A stretch of 38,097 bases of DNA. It comes from Candidatus Rokubacteria bacterium RIFCSPLOWO2_02_FULL_72_37 (GTDB lineage Bacteria > Methylomirabilota > Methylomirabilia > Rokubacteriales > CSP1-6). Position numbers and translations under genes: made by a program. The DNA lies in the NCBI GenBank assembly GCA_001790315.1, contig MGCE01000040.1, positions 1 through 38,097 on the forward strand, in the 5' to 3' direction. Below, piece after piece: positions 7,525-15,718 of the stretch. Under the pieces are notes generated by a model. That model saw nothing but the letters and a program-made list of their open reading frames with translations. It ran no database searches and was not told where the DNA came from. Positions within the stretch are counted from its first letter, which is position 1. Every line of letters starts with the position of its first letter.

Positions 7525-8694
7525 TCAGCCGATCGCGCAGGCGGCGCCGCCGTCCACGTGGATCGAGAGATCCTTGATCGTCGGTGACGTGCCGCAGAGG
7601 GGGCACTTCGGATCGCGGCGGAGCTTGACCTCGCGGAAGCGCATGCCGAGCGCATCGTAGGTGAGCAGCCGACCGACCAGCGGCTCGCCGATGCCGAGGA
7701 GAAGCTTGACGGCTTCCGTCGCCTGGACCAACCCGACCACTCCTGGGAGCACGCCCAGGACGCCGGCCTCGCTTCAGGATGGCACGAGACCAGGCGGCGG
7801 CGGCGTCGGATAGAGGCAGCGGTAGCAGGGCCCCTCGTTCGGGACGAAGACCGTCGCCATGCCCTCGAACTGGAAGATCGAGCCGTGGACGTTGGTCTTG
7901 CCCGCCAGGTAACAGGCGTCGTTGACCAGGTAGCGGGTCTCGAAGTTGTCCGAGCCGTCGACGATCAGGTCGTAGTCCGTGATCACGTCCATGACGTTGT
8001 CGACGGTGATGCGCATCGGGAGCGCGATCACGTTGACGTCGGGGTTGATCGCCTTGATCGTGCGCGTGCCGGACTCGACCTTCGCCTTGCCGATGTCCGC
8101 GGTGGTGTGGAGGACCTGCCGCTGCAGATTCGTGATGTCCACGACGTCGCCGTCCATCAGCCCGAGGGTGCCGACGCCCGCCGCGGCGAGGTAGAGGCCG
8201 ATGGGCGAGCCGAGCCCGCCGGCGCCGATCAGCAGGACCTTCGAGCGCAGCAGCCGCCGCTGCCCCTTGTCGCCCACCTGCGCGAGGAGGAAGTGCCGGC
8301 TGTACCGTTGGATCTGGTCCGGGGTCATCGGCACCTCACGGACGACGGGGAGGCCCGACTGGACCCATTTCTGGTAGCCCCCCTGGAGGTTGATGACCGT
8401 CGTGTAGCCGAGCTCGCGGAGCGCCTTCGCGGCCAGGACCGAGCGGAGCCCGGTCTGGCAGTAGAGGACGATCGGCGTGTTCGGGTCGGTCACGGCGGTG
8501 CCGATGCGGAACTCGAGGAAGCCGCGGCTGATGTTGTTCGCCGCCTCGATGTGCCCGTCGCGGAACTCGTCCGGGTCGCGGACGTCGATGACGACGACCT
8601 TGTCTCCGGACTTGAGCCGGCGCTCGAGGTCGGCGGGGCCCTCTTCGGGAACGACCCGGCGCGCCTCAGCGAGCATTTCCTTCAGGGTCTTCAT
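7525..8694 (-). CDS. Rhodanese-MoeB/ThiF (E1-like adenylyltransferase) fusion with an in-frame TGA at 7774-7776: candidate selenoprotein, otherwise a disrupted gene
   Basis: Track ORFs 7774..8745 and 7525..7752 are in the same frame and separated only by the TGA. The N-terminal rhodanese domain has the active-site loop YCQTGLRS. The ThiF fold has GAGGLGSP and the first Zn pair CYRC before the TGA, and the second Zn pair CPLCG after it. The junction reads PPPGLVPS-TGA-SEAGVLGVLPG, matching the conserved PSC(A/V)EaGVlG motif with the TGA at the Cys position. Confidence 0.7.
7741..7760 (-). promoter_or_regulatory. Candidate bacterial SECIS-like hairpin downstream of the in-frame UGA
   Basis: The mRNA reads UGA-agcgaggccggcg-UCCUGGG-CGUGCU-CCCAGGA. 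This is a 7 bp perfect stem starting 13 nt after the UGA, with a 6 nt apical loop that has G at its second position. Confidence 0.4.
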
Positions 8695-8701
8695 GGTGAG
8701 G

Positions 8702-8707
8702 ATATTA
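8702..8707 (-). promoter_or_regulatory. -10-like TAATAT 7 nt upstream of the rhodanese-MoeB start (leaderless geometry)
   Basis: The minus strand reads ggTAATATcctcaccATG, with no SD. It sits in the most AT-rich stretch of the divergent intergenic region 8695-8792. Confidence 0.3.
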
Positions 8708-8775
8708 CCCCATTTCCGGTCGGGTGAATAGTGATTCCCCCACACAGCCGGGTCGCGGCTCGCGGCAGCGGCTGC

Positions 8776-8781
8776 TATACT
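8776..8781 (+). promoter_or_regulatory. -10-like TATACT 11 nt upstream of the rfbA start (short-leader or leaderless geometry)
   Basis: The sequence reads gctgcTATACTctcaaaacttcATGATG, with no SD between the hexamer and the ATG at 8793. Confidence 0.3.
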
Positions 8782-8792
8782 CTCAAAACTTC

Positions 8793-9677
8793 ATGATGAA
8801 TGCCAGAAAGGGCATCATCCTCGCCGGGGGCTCCGGCAGCCGCCTCTACCCCTTGACGCTCGCCCTCAGCAAGCAGCTCGTCCCGATCTACAACAAGCCG
8901 ATGATCTACTACCCGCTCTCGACGCTGATGCTCGCCGGCATCCGCGAGATCCTCGTCATCACCACACCGCAGGACCAGGGCGCGTTCCAGCGGCTGCTCG
9001 GCGACGGCGGCCAGCTCGGTCTTCGCCTCGAGTACGCGGCGCAACCGCGCCCCGAAGGACTCGCGCAGGCCTTCGTGATCGGCCGGCGCTTCATCGGCGA
9101 CGGCCCCGTCGCGCTCGCCCTCGGCGACAACGTCTTCTACGGGCACGGGTTGCCCGATTACCTGCGACGCGCCGCCGAACGCACGGCGGGCGCCACGGTC
9201 TTCGCCTACTGGGTGCGTGACCCGGAGCGCTACGGCGTCGTCGAGTTCGACGCCTCGGGACACGCGATCGGGCTCGAGGAGAAGCCGGCCAAGCCGCGCT
9301 CCTCGTACGCGGTCACCGGCCTCTACTTCTACGACAACCGCGTCGTCGAGATCGCCGCGGACCTCAGACCGTCCGCGCGCGGCGAGCTCGAGATCACCGA
9401 CGTCAACGCGGCCTATCTGGCCTGGGGCGCGCTGCACGTCGAGAAGCTCGGGCGGGGCATCGCGTGGCTGGACACGGGGACGCACGAGGCGTTGCTCCAG
9501 GCGTCCACCTTCATCCAGACGATCGAGGAGCGGCAGGGGCTCATGGTCGCCTGTCTGGAGGAGATCGCCTTCCGGCTCGGCTGGATCACCGCCCACGACG
9601 TCCTGCGGGTCGCGAAGCCGATGAAGGACAACTCGTACGGCCAGTACCTGTTGCGCCTGGTCGAGACGGACACGTAA
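8793..9677 (+). CDS. rfbA: Glucose-1-phosphate thymidylyltransferase
   Basis: The N-terminus [51 protein letters not shown] is the classic RmlA signature. 294 aa from ATG 8793. Confidence 0.9.
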   Translation: MMNARKGIILAGGSGSRLYPLTLALSKQLVPIYNKPMIYYPLSTLMLAGIREILVITTPQDQGAFQRLLGDGGQLGLRLEYAAQPRPEGLAQAFVIGRRFIGDGPVALALGDNVFYGHGLPDYLRRAAERTAGATVFAYWVRDPERYGVVEFDASGHAIGLEEKPAKPRSSYAVTGLYFYDNRVVEIAADLRPSARGELEITDVNAAYLAWGALHVEKLGRGIAWLDTGTHEALLQASTFIQTIEERQGLMVACLEEIAFRLGWITAHDVLRVAKPMKDNSYGQYLLRLVETDT

Positions 9678-9688
9678 GATCACCGGTG

Positions 9689-10225
9689 ATGGAGCTCACC
9701 CCGCCCGCCAAGCGCGCCTTCCAGCTCCAGTCCTACGGCGCGTCCGCGTCCATCGATGGCGTCCACGTCGTGGAACTCCGACGCCACCACGACGACGGCG
9801 GCTCGATGACGGAGCTCGCCCGCCTGACCGACGGGCGGACGGGGGCGCTGCCGGGGTTCGAGGTCCGGCAGGTCAACTACAGCGAGGTCGCCCCGGGCGC
9901 GATCAAGGCGTTCCACCTCCACGCGCGCCAGACCGACGTCTGGTACGTGCCGCCGGCGGACCGCATGCTCGTGGTGCTCCTCGACGTGCGCCAGGGTTCC
10001 CCCACCGAGGGCGCGCGCGCGCGCCTCGTGTTGGGCGACGGGACCTCGCGCCTGCTGCGCATCCCGCCAGGCGTCGCCCATGGCGTGCGCAATCTCGGCG
10101 CCGCGACCGGACGGATCGTCTACTTCACGGACGTCCACTTCTCGCCCGAACCCTCGATGTGCGACGAGGGGCGCCTGTCGTGGGACTTCGCGGGCGCCGA
10201 GATCTGGGAACCGGTGCGCGGATAG
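9689..10225 (+). CDS. dTDP-4-dehydrorhamnose 3,5-epimerase-related cupin (RmlC-like)
   Basis: The pattern IKAFHLHARQTDVWYVP...LLDVRQGSPT...RIPPGVAHGVRNLG resembles the RmlC/COG1898 cupin. It lies between rfbA and rfbB. The exact activity (3,5-epimerase versus another epimerase or isomerase) cannot be decided by eye. Confidence 0.65.
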   Translation: MELTPPAKRAFQLQSYGASASIDGVHVVELRRHHDDGGSMTELARLTDGRTGALPGFEVRQVNYSEVAPGAIKAFHLHARQTDVWYVPPADRMLVVLLDVRQGSPTEGARARLVLGDGTSRLLRIPPGVAHGVRNLGAATGRIVYFTDVHFSPEPSMCDEGRLSWDFAGAEIWEPVRG

Positions 10226-10229
10226 GCGC

Positions 10230-11228
10230 GTGAAGCTGCTGGTCACGGGCGGCAGTGGCTTCATCGGCTCCAATTTCGTCCGCCACGTGCTGGCGACGCA
10301 CCCCGGCGACAGCGTCGTCAACCTCGACAAGCTCACGTATGCGGGCAACCCCGCGAATCTGGCCGACGTCGCGCACGACCCGCGATACGCGTTCGTGCAG
10401 GGCGATGTCTGCGACGCCAAGCTCGTGCGCGACGTCGCCCGCGGCGTGGACGCCGTGATCAACTTCGCCGCGGAGAGTCATGTCGATCGCTCGCTGATGG
10501 AGCCGGACGCGTTCTTGAAGACCGACGTGTTCGGGGTGTTCACGCTGCTCGAGGCGGTCAAGGATCTCGGCATCCCGCGCTTCGTCCACATCTCCACCGA
10601 CGAGGTGTACGGCTCCGTCGAGCGCGGGTCGTCGCGGGAGAGCGACCCGTTGCGGCCCTCGAACCCGTACTCGGCGTCGAAGGCGGGCGGCGATCTGCTC
10701 GCGCTCGCGTACTGGCAGACGCACCGGATCCCGGTCGTGATCACCCGGTCGTCGAACAACTTCGGGCCCTTCCAGTACCCGGAGAAGGTCGTGCCGCTGT
10801 TCATCACGAACGCGCTCGAGGACAAGCCGCTGCCGCTCTATGGGGACGGCAAGAACGTCCGCGATTGGCTGTACGTCCTCGACAACTGCTCGGCGATCGA
10901 TCTCGTGCTCCGCCAGGGCAAGGACGGCGAAGTCTACAACATCGGGGGGGGCAACGAGGTCGAGAACGTCGTGCTCACGCGCCAGATCCTGCGCCTCGCC
11001 GGCAAGCCCGACTCGCTGATCCAGCCCGTGAAGGACCGTCCCGGTCACGACCGCCGTTACTCGCTCGATTCGAAGAAGGTGCAGCAGCTCGGCTGGAAGC
11101 CGCGCCACCCATTCGCCGCGGCGCTCGAGGCGACGGTCGCGTGGTATCGCGAGCACGAGCCGTGGTGGCGGCCGCTCAAGTCGGGGGAATTCCGGGCGTA
11201 CTACGAGAGGCAGTACGGCCACCGCTGA
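10230..11228 (+). CDS. rfbB: dTDP-glucose 4,6-dehydratase
   Basis: Rossmann motif VTGGSGFIGSNF. The STDEVYG and YSASKAG (YxxxK) motifs and the PGHDRRY tail are present. GTG start at 10230, 4 nt after the preceding stop. Confidence 0.9.
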   Translation: MKLLVTGGSGFIGSNFVRHVLATHPGDSVVNLDKLTYAGNPANLADVAHDPRYAFVQGDVCDAKLVRDVARGVDAVINFAAESHVDRSLMEPDAFLKTDVFGVFTLLEAVKDLGIPRFVHISTDEVYGSVERGSSRESDPLRPSNPYSASKAGGDLLALAYWQTHRIPVVITRSSNNFGPFQYPEKVVPLFITNALEDKPLPLYGDGKNVRDWLYVLDNCSAIDLVLRQGKDGEVYNIGGGNEVENVVLTRQILRLAGKPDSLIQPVKDRPGHDRRYSLDSKKVQQLGWKPRHPFAAALEATVAWYREHEPWWRPLKSGEFRAYYERQYGHR

Positions 11229-11241
11229 GGAGGGAGTCCGC

Positions 11242-12273
11242 ATGCGCGCGCGGACACGGGCCCAGGGCCTCGCCATACTCGCCCTGGTCGTGCTCGGCCC
11301 CGCGCTGGCGCTCGGTGCGCCGCGGGCTCGCGTGCCCGAGCGCGCGCCCGGGCCGTTTCCGGCGCAGCCGTCCTTCGTCCAGCGCGTCGAGGCGGCGGTC
11401 GTCGGCCTCAGGGTGCGGAATGCCCCGGACGCGGTCTCGTCCAGCCGGTTGGGCGCGCGCCGCTCGGGAAGCGCCGTCGTCTTCGACGCGCGCGGCTACG
11501 CGGTCACCGTCAGCTATCTGCTCCTCGATGCGCTGGAGATCGAGGCGAGGATGCGCGACGGCCGGACCGTGCCCGCGCGGCTCGTGGGCCTCGACCTCGA
11601 GAGCGGCCTCGGGGTCGTGAGGCTGGAGGATGGCGGCCCGTGGGCCGCGGCCGCGCTCGGGCGCTCCGAGGACGTCGAGGTCGGCGCGCGCACGGCGACC
11701 GTGGGCGTGAGCGACGACGGCGAGTTGATCGCCGTCGTCGGTGCGGTGCACGCCATCCGGCGGTTTTCGGCGTACTGGGAGTATATGCTCGAGCGCGCGC
11801 TCTACCTGGCGCCGTCGAGCCCAGACTGGGCCGGCAGCGCGGTCGTGAACGACCGCGGCGAGGTGGTCGGCATCGCCTCGCTCCGCCTGGGCGAGGACCC
11901 GCACGTGAACCTCGCGATCCCCCTCGAGACGTTCGTCCCCGTCAAGGACGAGCTGATCGCCGCGGGGCGCATCGCGAGCCGGCCCACGCGGCCGTGGCTC
12001 GGACTCTACACGCTCGACCTCGACGGCGGCGTCGTGGTCAGCGAGGTGTCGCCGGTCGGTCCCGCCGCCCGCGCGGGCTTCCGCCGCGGCGACGTGATCG
12101 TCGGTGTCGACGGCGTGACCGTCGGCTCTCAAGAGGAGTTCTACCGGCGACTCTGGTCCCGGCGTGCCGGCGACCTGATCGAGGTGGCGGTGCGACGCAG
12201 CGACCGCGTCCACGTGATCACGGTGCCCTCGATCGACCGCTACCGCCTCTATCCCTCCCGGACGGGAGAGTGA
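11242..12273 (+). CDS. Secreted S1C(HtrA)-like protein with PDZ domain and a degenerate catalytic triad
   Basis: GGAGGGAG SD and a signal peptide. Aligned by eye to the intact HtrA at 5515-6648: TNAHVV becomes TVSYLL, DLALVRI becomes GLGVVRL, and GNSGGPLVN becomes DWAGSAVVN. The PDZ-like C-terminus is retained. Confidence 0.7.
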   Translation: MRARTRAQGLAILALVVLGPALALGAPRARVPERAPGPFPAQPSFVQRVEAAVVGLRVRNAPDAVSSSRLGARRSGSAVVFDARGYAVTVSYLLLDALEIEARMRDGRTVPARLVGLDLESGLGVVRLEDGGPWAAAALGRSEDVEVGARTATVGVSDDGELIAVVGAVHAIRRFSAYWEYMLERALYLAPSSPDWAGSAVVNDRGEVVGIASLRLGEDPHVNLAIPLETFVPVKDELIAAGRIASRPTRPWLGLYTLDLDGGVVVSEVSPVGPAARAGFRRGDVIVGVDGVTVGSQEEFYRRLWSRRAGDLIEVAVRRSDRVHVITVPSIDRYRLYPSRTGE

Positions 12274-12277
12274 CTGC

Positions 12278-13681
12278 GTGAAGGGGGCGGCCGACACCTA
12301 CCAGGGGCGCGGCCTCATCGCCGACCCGATCCACCGGTACATCCTCTACACACGCCCGGGCGGGATCCCCGGCGAGGCGACCGAGCAAGACCTGATCGAC
12401 ACCTCCTGGGTCCAGCGCCTGCGGCGCGTGCCGCAGCTGCAGTCGGCGCGCTGGGTGTTCCCGGCAGCGGAGCACAGCCGTTTCCAGCACTCCCTCGGGG
12501 CCATGCACCTCGCGGGGCGCCTCGCCCAGCAGCTCTACCCATCGCTGCGGGCGATCTTCCCCGACGCCCCGTCGCCCGTGCTGCTGGAGGAGCTCCTCCG
12601 CATGGCGGGACTCCTCCACGATGTCGGTCACGGGCCGTTCGGCCACTTCTTCGACGACAATTTCCTCGTCGACTTCGATCTCACGCACGAGCTCGTCGGC
12701 CAGCGCATCATCCGCGAGGAGCTGGCCGACACCCTCCGGAACCTGCGGCGCAGCCCCAGCGGCGCCTTCGGCGCGAGCGAGGCCATCGACCCGGAGTGGA
12801 TCTGCTATCTCATGGGGAAGACCTACACGCAGCCACTCGAGTCGCACCCGAAGTGGCTGCCGTTCCTCAAGCCGCTCCTGTCGGGGGTGTACACCGCCGA
12901 CAACATGGATTACGTGCTCCGTGACGCGTACATGTGCGGCGTCGCGGTCGGCCCGATCGACATCGAGCGCATCATCTACTACTCGTTCTTCTCCGAGAAG
13001 GGGCTCACGCTCGACCGGGGCGGGCTGCAGGCGTTCACGATGTTCCTGAACGCGCGCTTCTACATGTACACGAACGTCTATTACCACCGCACGACGCGCG
13101 GGATCGACCTGCACCTCAAGGAGATCTTCCGCGACACGATGCGGATCGCCTTCCCGCACGATCTCCGCACGGACCTGCACCCGTACCTCCACCTGACCGA
13201 GTGGACGCTGCTCGAGGACGTGGGCAAGTGGCACCACACCGAGGACGCCGATCGCCAGCGCCTCGGGCTCGAGTGGCGGCACGTCCTCGACCGGAAGCTC
13301 AAGTGGCGCATGTCGCACGAGGTGATCCTCGACCTGTTCGAGCCCCGGCGCGGCCACAGCTTTCTCGACGCGGACACGGTGAAGCGCCGCGTGCGGAGCT
13401 TCCTGCCGGCCGCGCTCCGAGACTTCAACTTCGAGATCGACATGGCGCTGCAGGACCCGCGGCCGCTCAACCCGCTGAAGATGGGTGACCGCCAGATCTA
13501 CGTCTACGATGCGGCGACGGGCTCCGTCTCCGAGGAGCCGTTAACCGAGATCCTCAAGTACCTGCCGGGCAAGGTCGCGCAGTGCCGCATCTTCGCCACG
13601 AGCCACGAGCACGACGCGATCCTCGCCCGGGCGCTCGAGCGCGCGCTCGGCGACGAGCCCGCGATCCCGACGAACGTATGA
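12278..13681 (+). CDS. HD-domain phosphohydrolase, SAMHD1/dNTP triphosphohydrolase-like
   Basis: RFQHSLG...LLHDVGHGPFGHFFD...DNMDYVLRDAYMCGV is the HD...D metal-binding signature of SAMHD1/EF1143-type enzymes. GTG start preceded by GGGAGAG. Confidence 0.75.
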   Translation: MKGAADTYQGRGLIADPIHRYILYTRPGGIPGEATEQDLIDTSWVQRLRRVPQLQSARWVFPAAEHSRFQHSLGAMHLAGRLAQQLYPSLRAIFPDAPSPVLLEELLRMAGLLHDVGHGPFGHFFDDNFLVDFDLTHELVGQRIIREELADTLRNLRRSPSGAFGASEAIDPEWICYLMGKTYTQPLESHPKWLPFLKPLLSGVYTADNMDYVLRDAYMCGVAVGPIDIERIIYYSFFSEKGLTLDRGGLQAFTMFLNARFYMYTNVYYHRTTRGIDLHLKEIFRDTMRIAFPHDLRTDLHPYLHLTEWTLLEDVGKWHHTEDADRQRLGLEWRHVLDRKLKWRMSHEVILDLFEPRRGHSFLDADTVKRRVRSFLPAALRDFNFEIDMALQDPRPLNPLKMGDRQIYVYDAATGSVSEEPLTEILKYLPGKVAQCRIFATSHEHDAILARALERALGDEPAIPTNV

Positions 13682-14337
13682 GCTGGCGGTTCGTCACGGT
13701 CGCGGCGCTGTTCATCGCCTGCCTGCTCACCGCCAACACGATAGCGTCCAAGCTGATCGTGCTGGGCGGGCTGGTGCTCTCCGCCGCGATCGTGATCTTC
13801 CCGCTGTCCTACGTCGTCGGCGACGTGCTCACCGAAGTCTGGGGCTACGGGGCCGCGCGGCGCGTGATCTGGCTCGGCTTCGCCTGCAACGCCGTCATGG
13901 TGGTCGCGATCTGGCTCGGGGGCGTGCTGCCGGCCGCGCCCTTCTGGAAGGCGCAGCTCGCGTACGACGAGATCCTCGGCACGACGCCGCGCATCCTCGC
14001 TGCCTCCCTTCTCGCGTACCTCGCGGGCGAGTTCGCCAACGCCTACGTGCTCGCGCAGCTGAAGATTCTCACGCGCGGACGGTGGCTCTGGGCCCGGACG
14101 ATCGGGTCGACGGTCGTGGGTCAGGCGCTCGATACCGTGGTCTTCGTGACGCTCGCGTTCGCCGGGACGGTGCCGGGAGCGGTCCTGACCGGGCTCATCG
14201 CCGGCCAGTGGGCGGTGAAGGTCGCCTACGAGGCGGCGGCGACGCCCCTGACGTACGCGGCCGTGGCCTGGCTGAAGGCGCGCGAGCGGGTCGACACGTT
14301 CGACTACGGGACGGACTTCAACCCGATCCGGCTCTGA
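13678..14337 (+). CDS. yhhQ: Queuosine-precursor transporter (YhhQ/DUF165, VUT family)
   Basis: Polytopic membrane protein. The stretch LLTANTIASKLI...IFPLSYVVGDVLTEVWGY is typical of YhhQ. The ATG overlaps the HD gene stop (ATGA). Confidence 0.75.
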   Translation: MSWRFVTVAALFIACLLTANTIASKLIVLGGLVLSAAIVIFPLSYVVGDVLTEVWGYGAARRVIWLGFACNAVMVVAIWLGGVLPAAPFWKAQLAYDEILGTTPRILAASLLAYLAGEFANAYVLAQLKILTRGRWLWARTIGSTVVGQALDTVVFVTLAFAGTVPGAVLTGLIAGQWAVKVAYEAAATPLTYAAVAWLKARERVDTFDYGTDFNPIRL

Positions 14338-14410
14338 CGTCGGCCCCTGAGGGCGACGAACGCTCGGCGTCGCGCCGTACGGTGCGCCGCTGGAGTCTGA
14401 GAGGCGACCA

Positions 14411-15718
14411 ATGAAAACGATGTCGGTGCCCTCTTTCCTTCCGGCTCTCCGAATCCTGCGCGTGGGGTGGATGCTCGCGCTCGGGTTGGTCACGATTTCG
14501 ATCGACGTGAGAGTGAACGGCCCGGGGCACTCGTTCCGCGCCCACGATGCGCACGCCGACACGAGCTTGCCGCCGCTCACGGTGTGCGCCGCAGCGGAGT
14601 GGGTCATCACCAATCCCACTCCCGACTCCGTCGTCTATCAGTGTCACAGTGTCTGCCCCGCCCAGGACGGGAGCGAGTGCGTGTACGCGACGACCGACGT
14701 GCTGGGGAACTCGCTCCAGACCATCGCGTTCGTGGTGGACTCGATGGGCGGGCAGATGCGCTGGAACACGCCGCCGCAGATCGTCGCGGGTGTCGTGCAG
14801 CACTATGGCGGGACGGGCACGGCGTACACCTCGGACATATACGGGGCGGACATCCGGGCTCTGTGGGTCGAATTCGAGAACGAAGGCTACCGCCTCGTCG
14901 AGCCGAAATGGGAGACGGGGGTCGCGGGGTGGTTCTCTCGCAAGAACGGCGACCCGACGAGCCTGCCGGCCCTGCTGGTCCGACCCGCGGCCGTCATCCA
15001 GTGGGCGCGGGCGTATCTCATCCCATCCAGCGTCAAGTTTGCGACCATCGGGTGTAGCGGAGGCAGCATCGCGACCTTCGGGCCGGTGTACTGGCTGGGC
15101 CTGGCCCCGATCGTGGATTATCAATACCTCTCGAGCGCACTGCCAGGTGTGTACGACATCCCGGCCGCGTGCGCCAAGACACAATCCACCTACGGCATCT
15201 GTGAGAACGACCCGACCCGGTCCTGCCGGGACGACCGGGCCTGCGGCGATGACTACCGCTGCGCATTCCCTCAGCCCATCGGCTCACTGGGTTCGACGTC
15301 GGGGAATCCGCTGGGAGAATCGGTCAAGGCACTGATCGACTACGTCGGGGTCACGGGCGGCAAGTGCGTTGCCGGGCAATCGGACCCTTCCTTCTACCGG
15401 TCGAGCTTCAAGTACGTGCCCGGGGACCTGAGCTACGAGTACCCGATCGATCTGGACATCGGTATCGGTGGACATCCGTACTGGTGGACCGACCCGGATC
15501 CGGTGGAAAACCAGCAGTATCCGAATCTCATGACCGACACGAATCTGGGCGTCACCTACAATACCGGAAAGATCTACACTGAGATCCAGTCGAACCAGTA
15601 CAAGACGCATACCCTCTTCCCGGGGACTCACTGCGAAAGCCAGCTGAATTCTTCTCATCTCCCGGACGTGCTCAACAAGATCCGAAGCGGTCTGGGCGTC
15701 ACGCCCCGCCCCCGCTGA
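14411..15718 (+). CDS. Cys-rich exported alpha/beta-hydrolase-like protein with a tannase/feruloyl-esterase-type CS...HC signature (function tentative)
   Basis: GAGAGG SD and a hydrophobic N-terminal anchor or signal. The nucleophile elbow IGCSGGS (Cys215-Ser216) and the C-terminal GTHCES (His407-Cys408) resemble the CS-D-HC arrangement of the tannase/feruloyl esterase/MHETase family. About 13 Cys. Visibly lower GC than its neighbours. Confidence 0.4.
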   Translation: MKTMSVPSFLPALRILRVGWMLALGLVTISIDVRVNGPGHSFRAHDAHADTSLPPLTVCAAAEWVITNPTPDSVVYQCHSVCPAQDGSECVYATTDVLGNSLQTIAFVVDSMGGQMRWNTPPQIVAGVVQHYGGTGTAYTSDIYGADIRALWVEFENEGYRLVEPKWETGVAGWFSRKNGDPTSLPALLVRPAAVIQWARAYLIPSSVKFATIGCSGGSIATFGPVYWLGLAPIVDYQYLSSALPGVYDIPAACAKTQSTYGICENDPTRSCRDDRACGDDYRCAFPQPIGSLGSTSGNPLGESVKALIDYVGVTGGKCVAGQSDPSFYRSSFKYVPGDLSYEYPIDLDIGIGGHPYWWTDPDPVENQQYPNLMTDTNLGVTYNTGKIYTEIQSNQYKTHTLFPGTHCESQLNSSHLPDVLNKIRSGLGVTPRPR

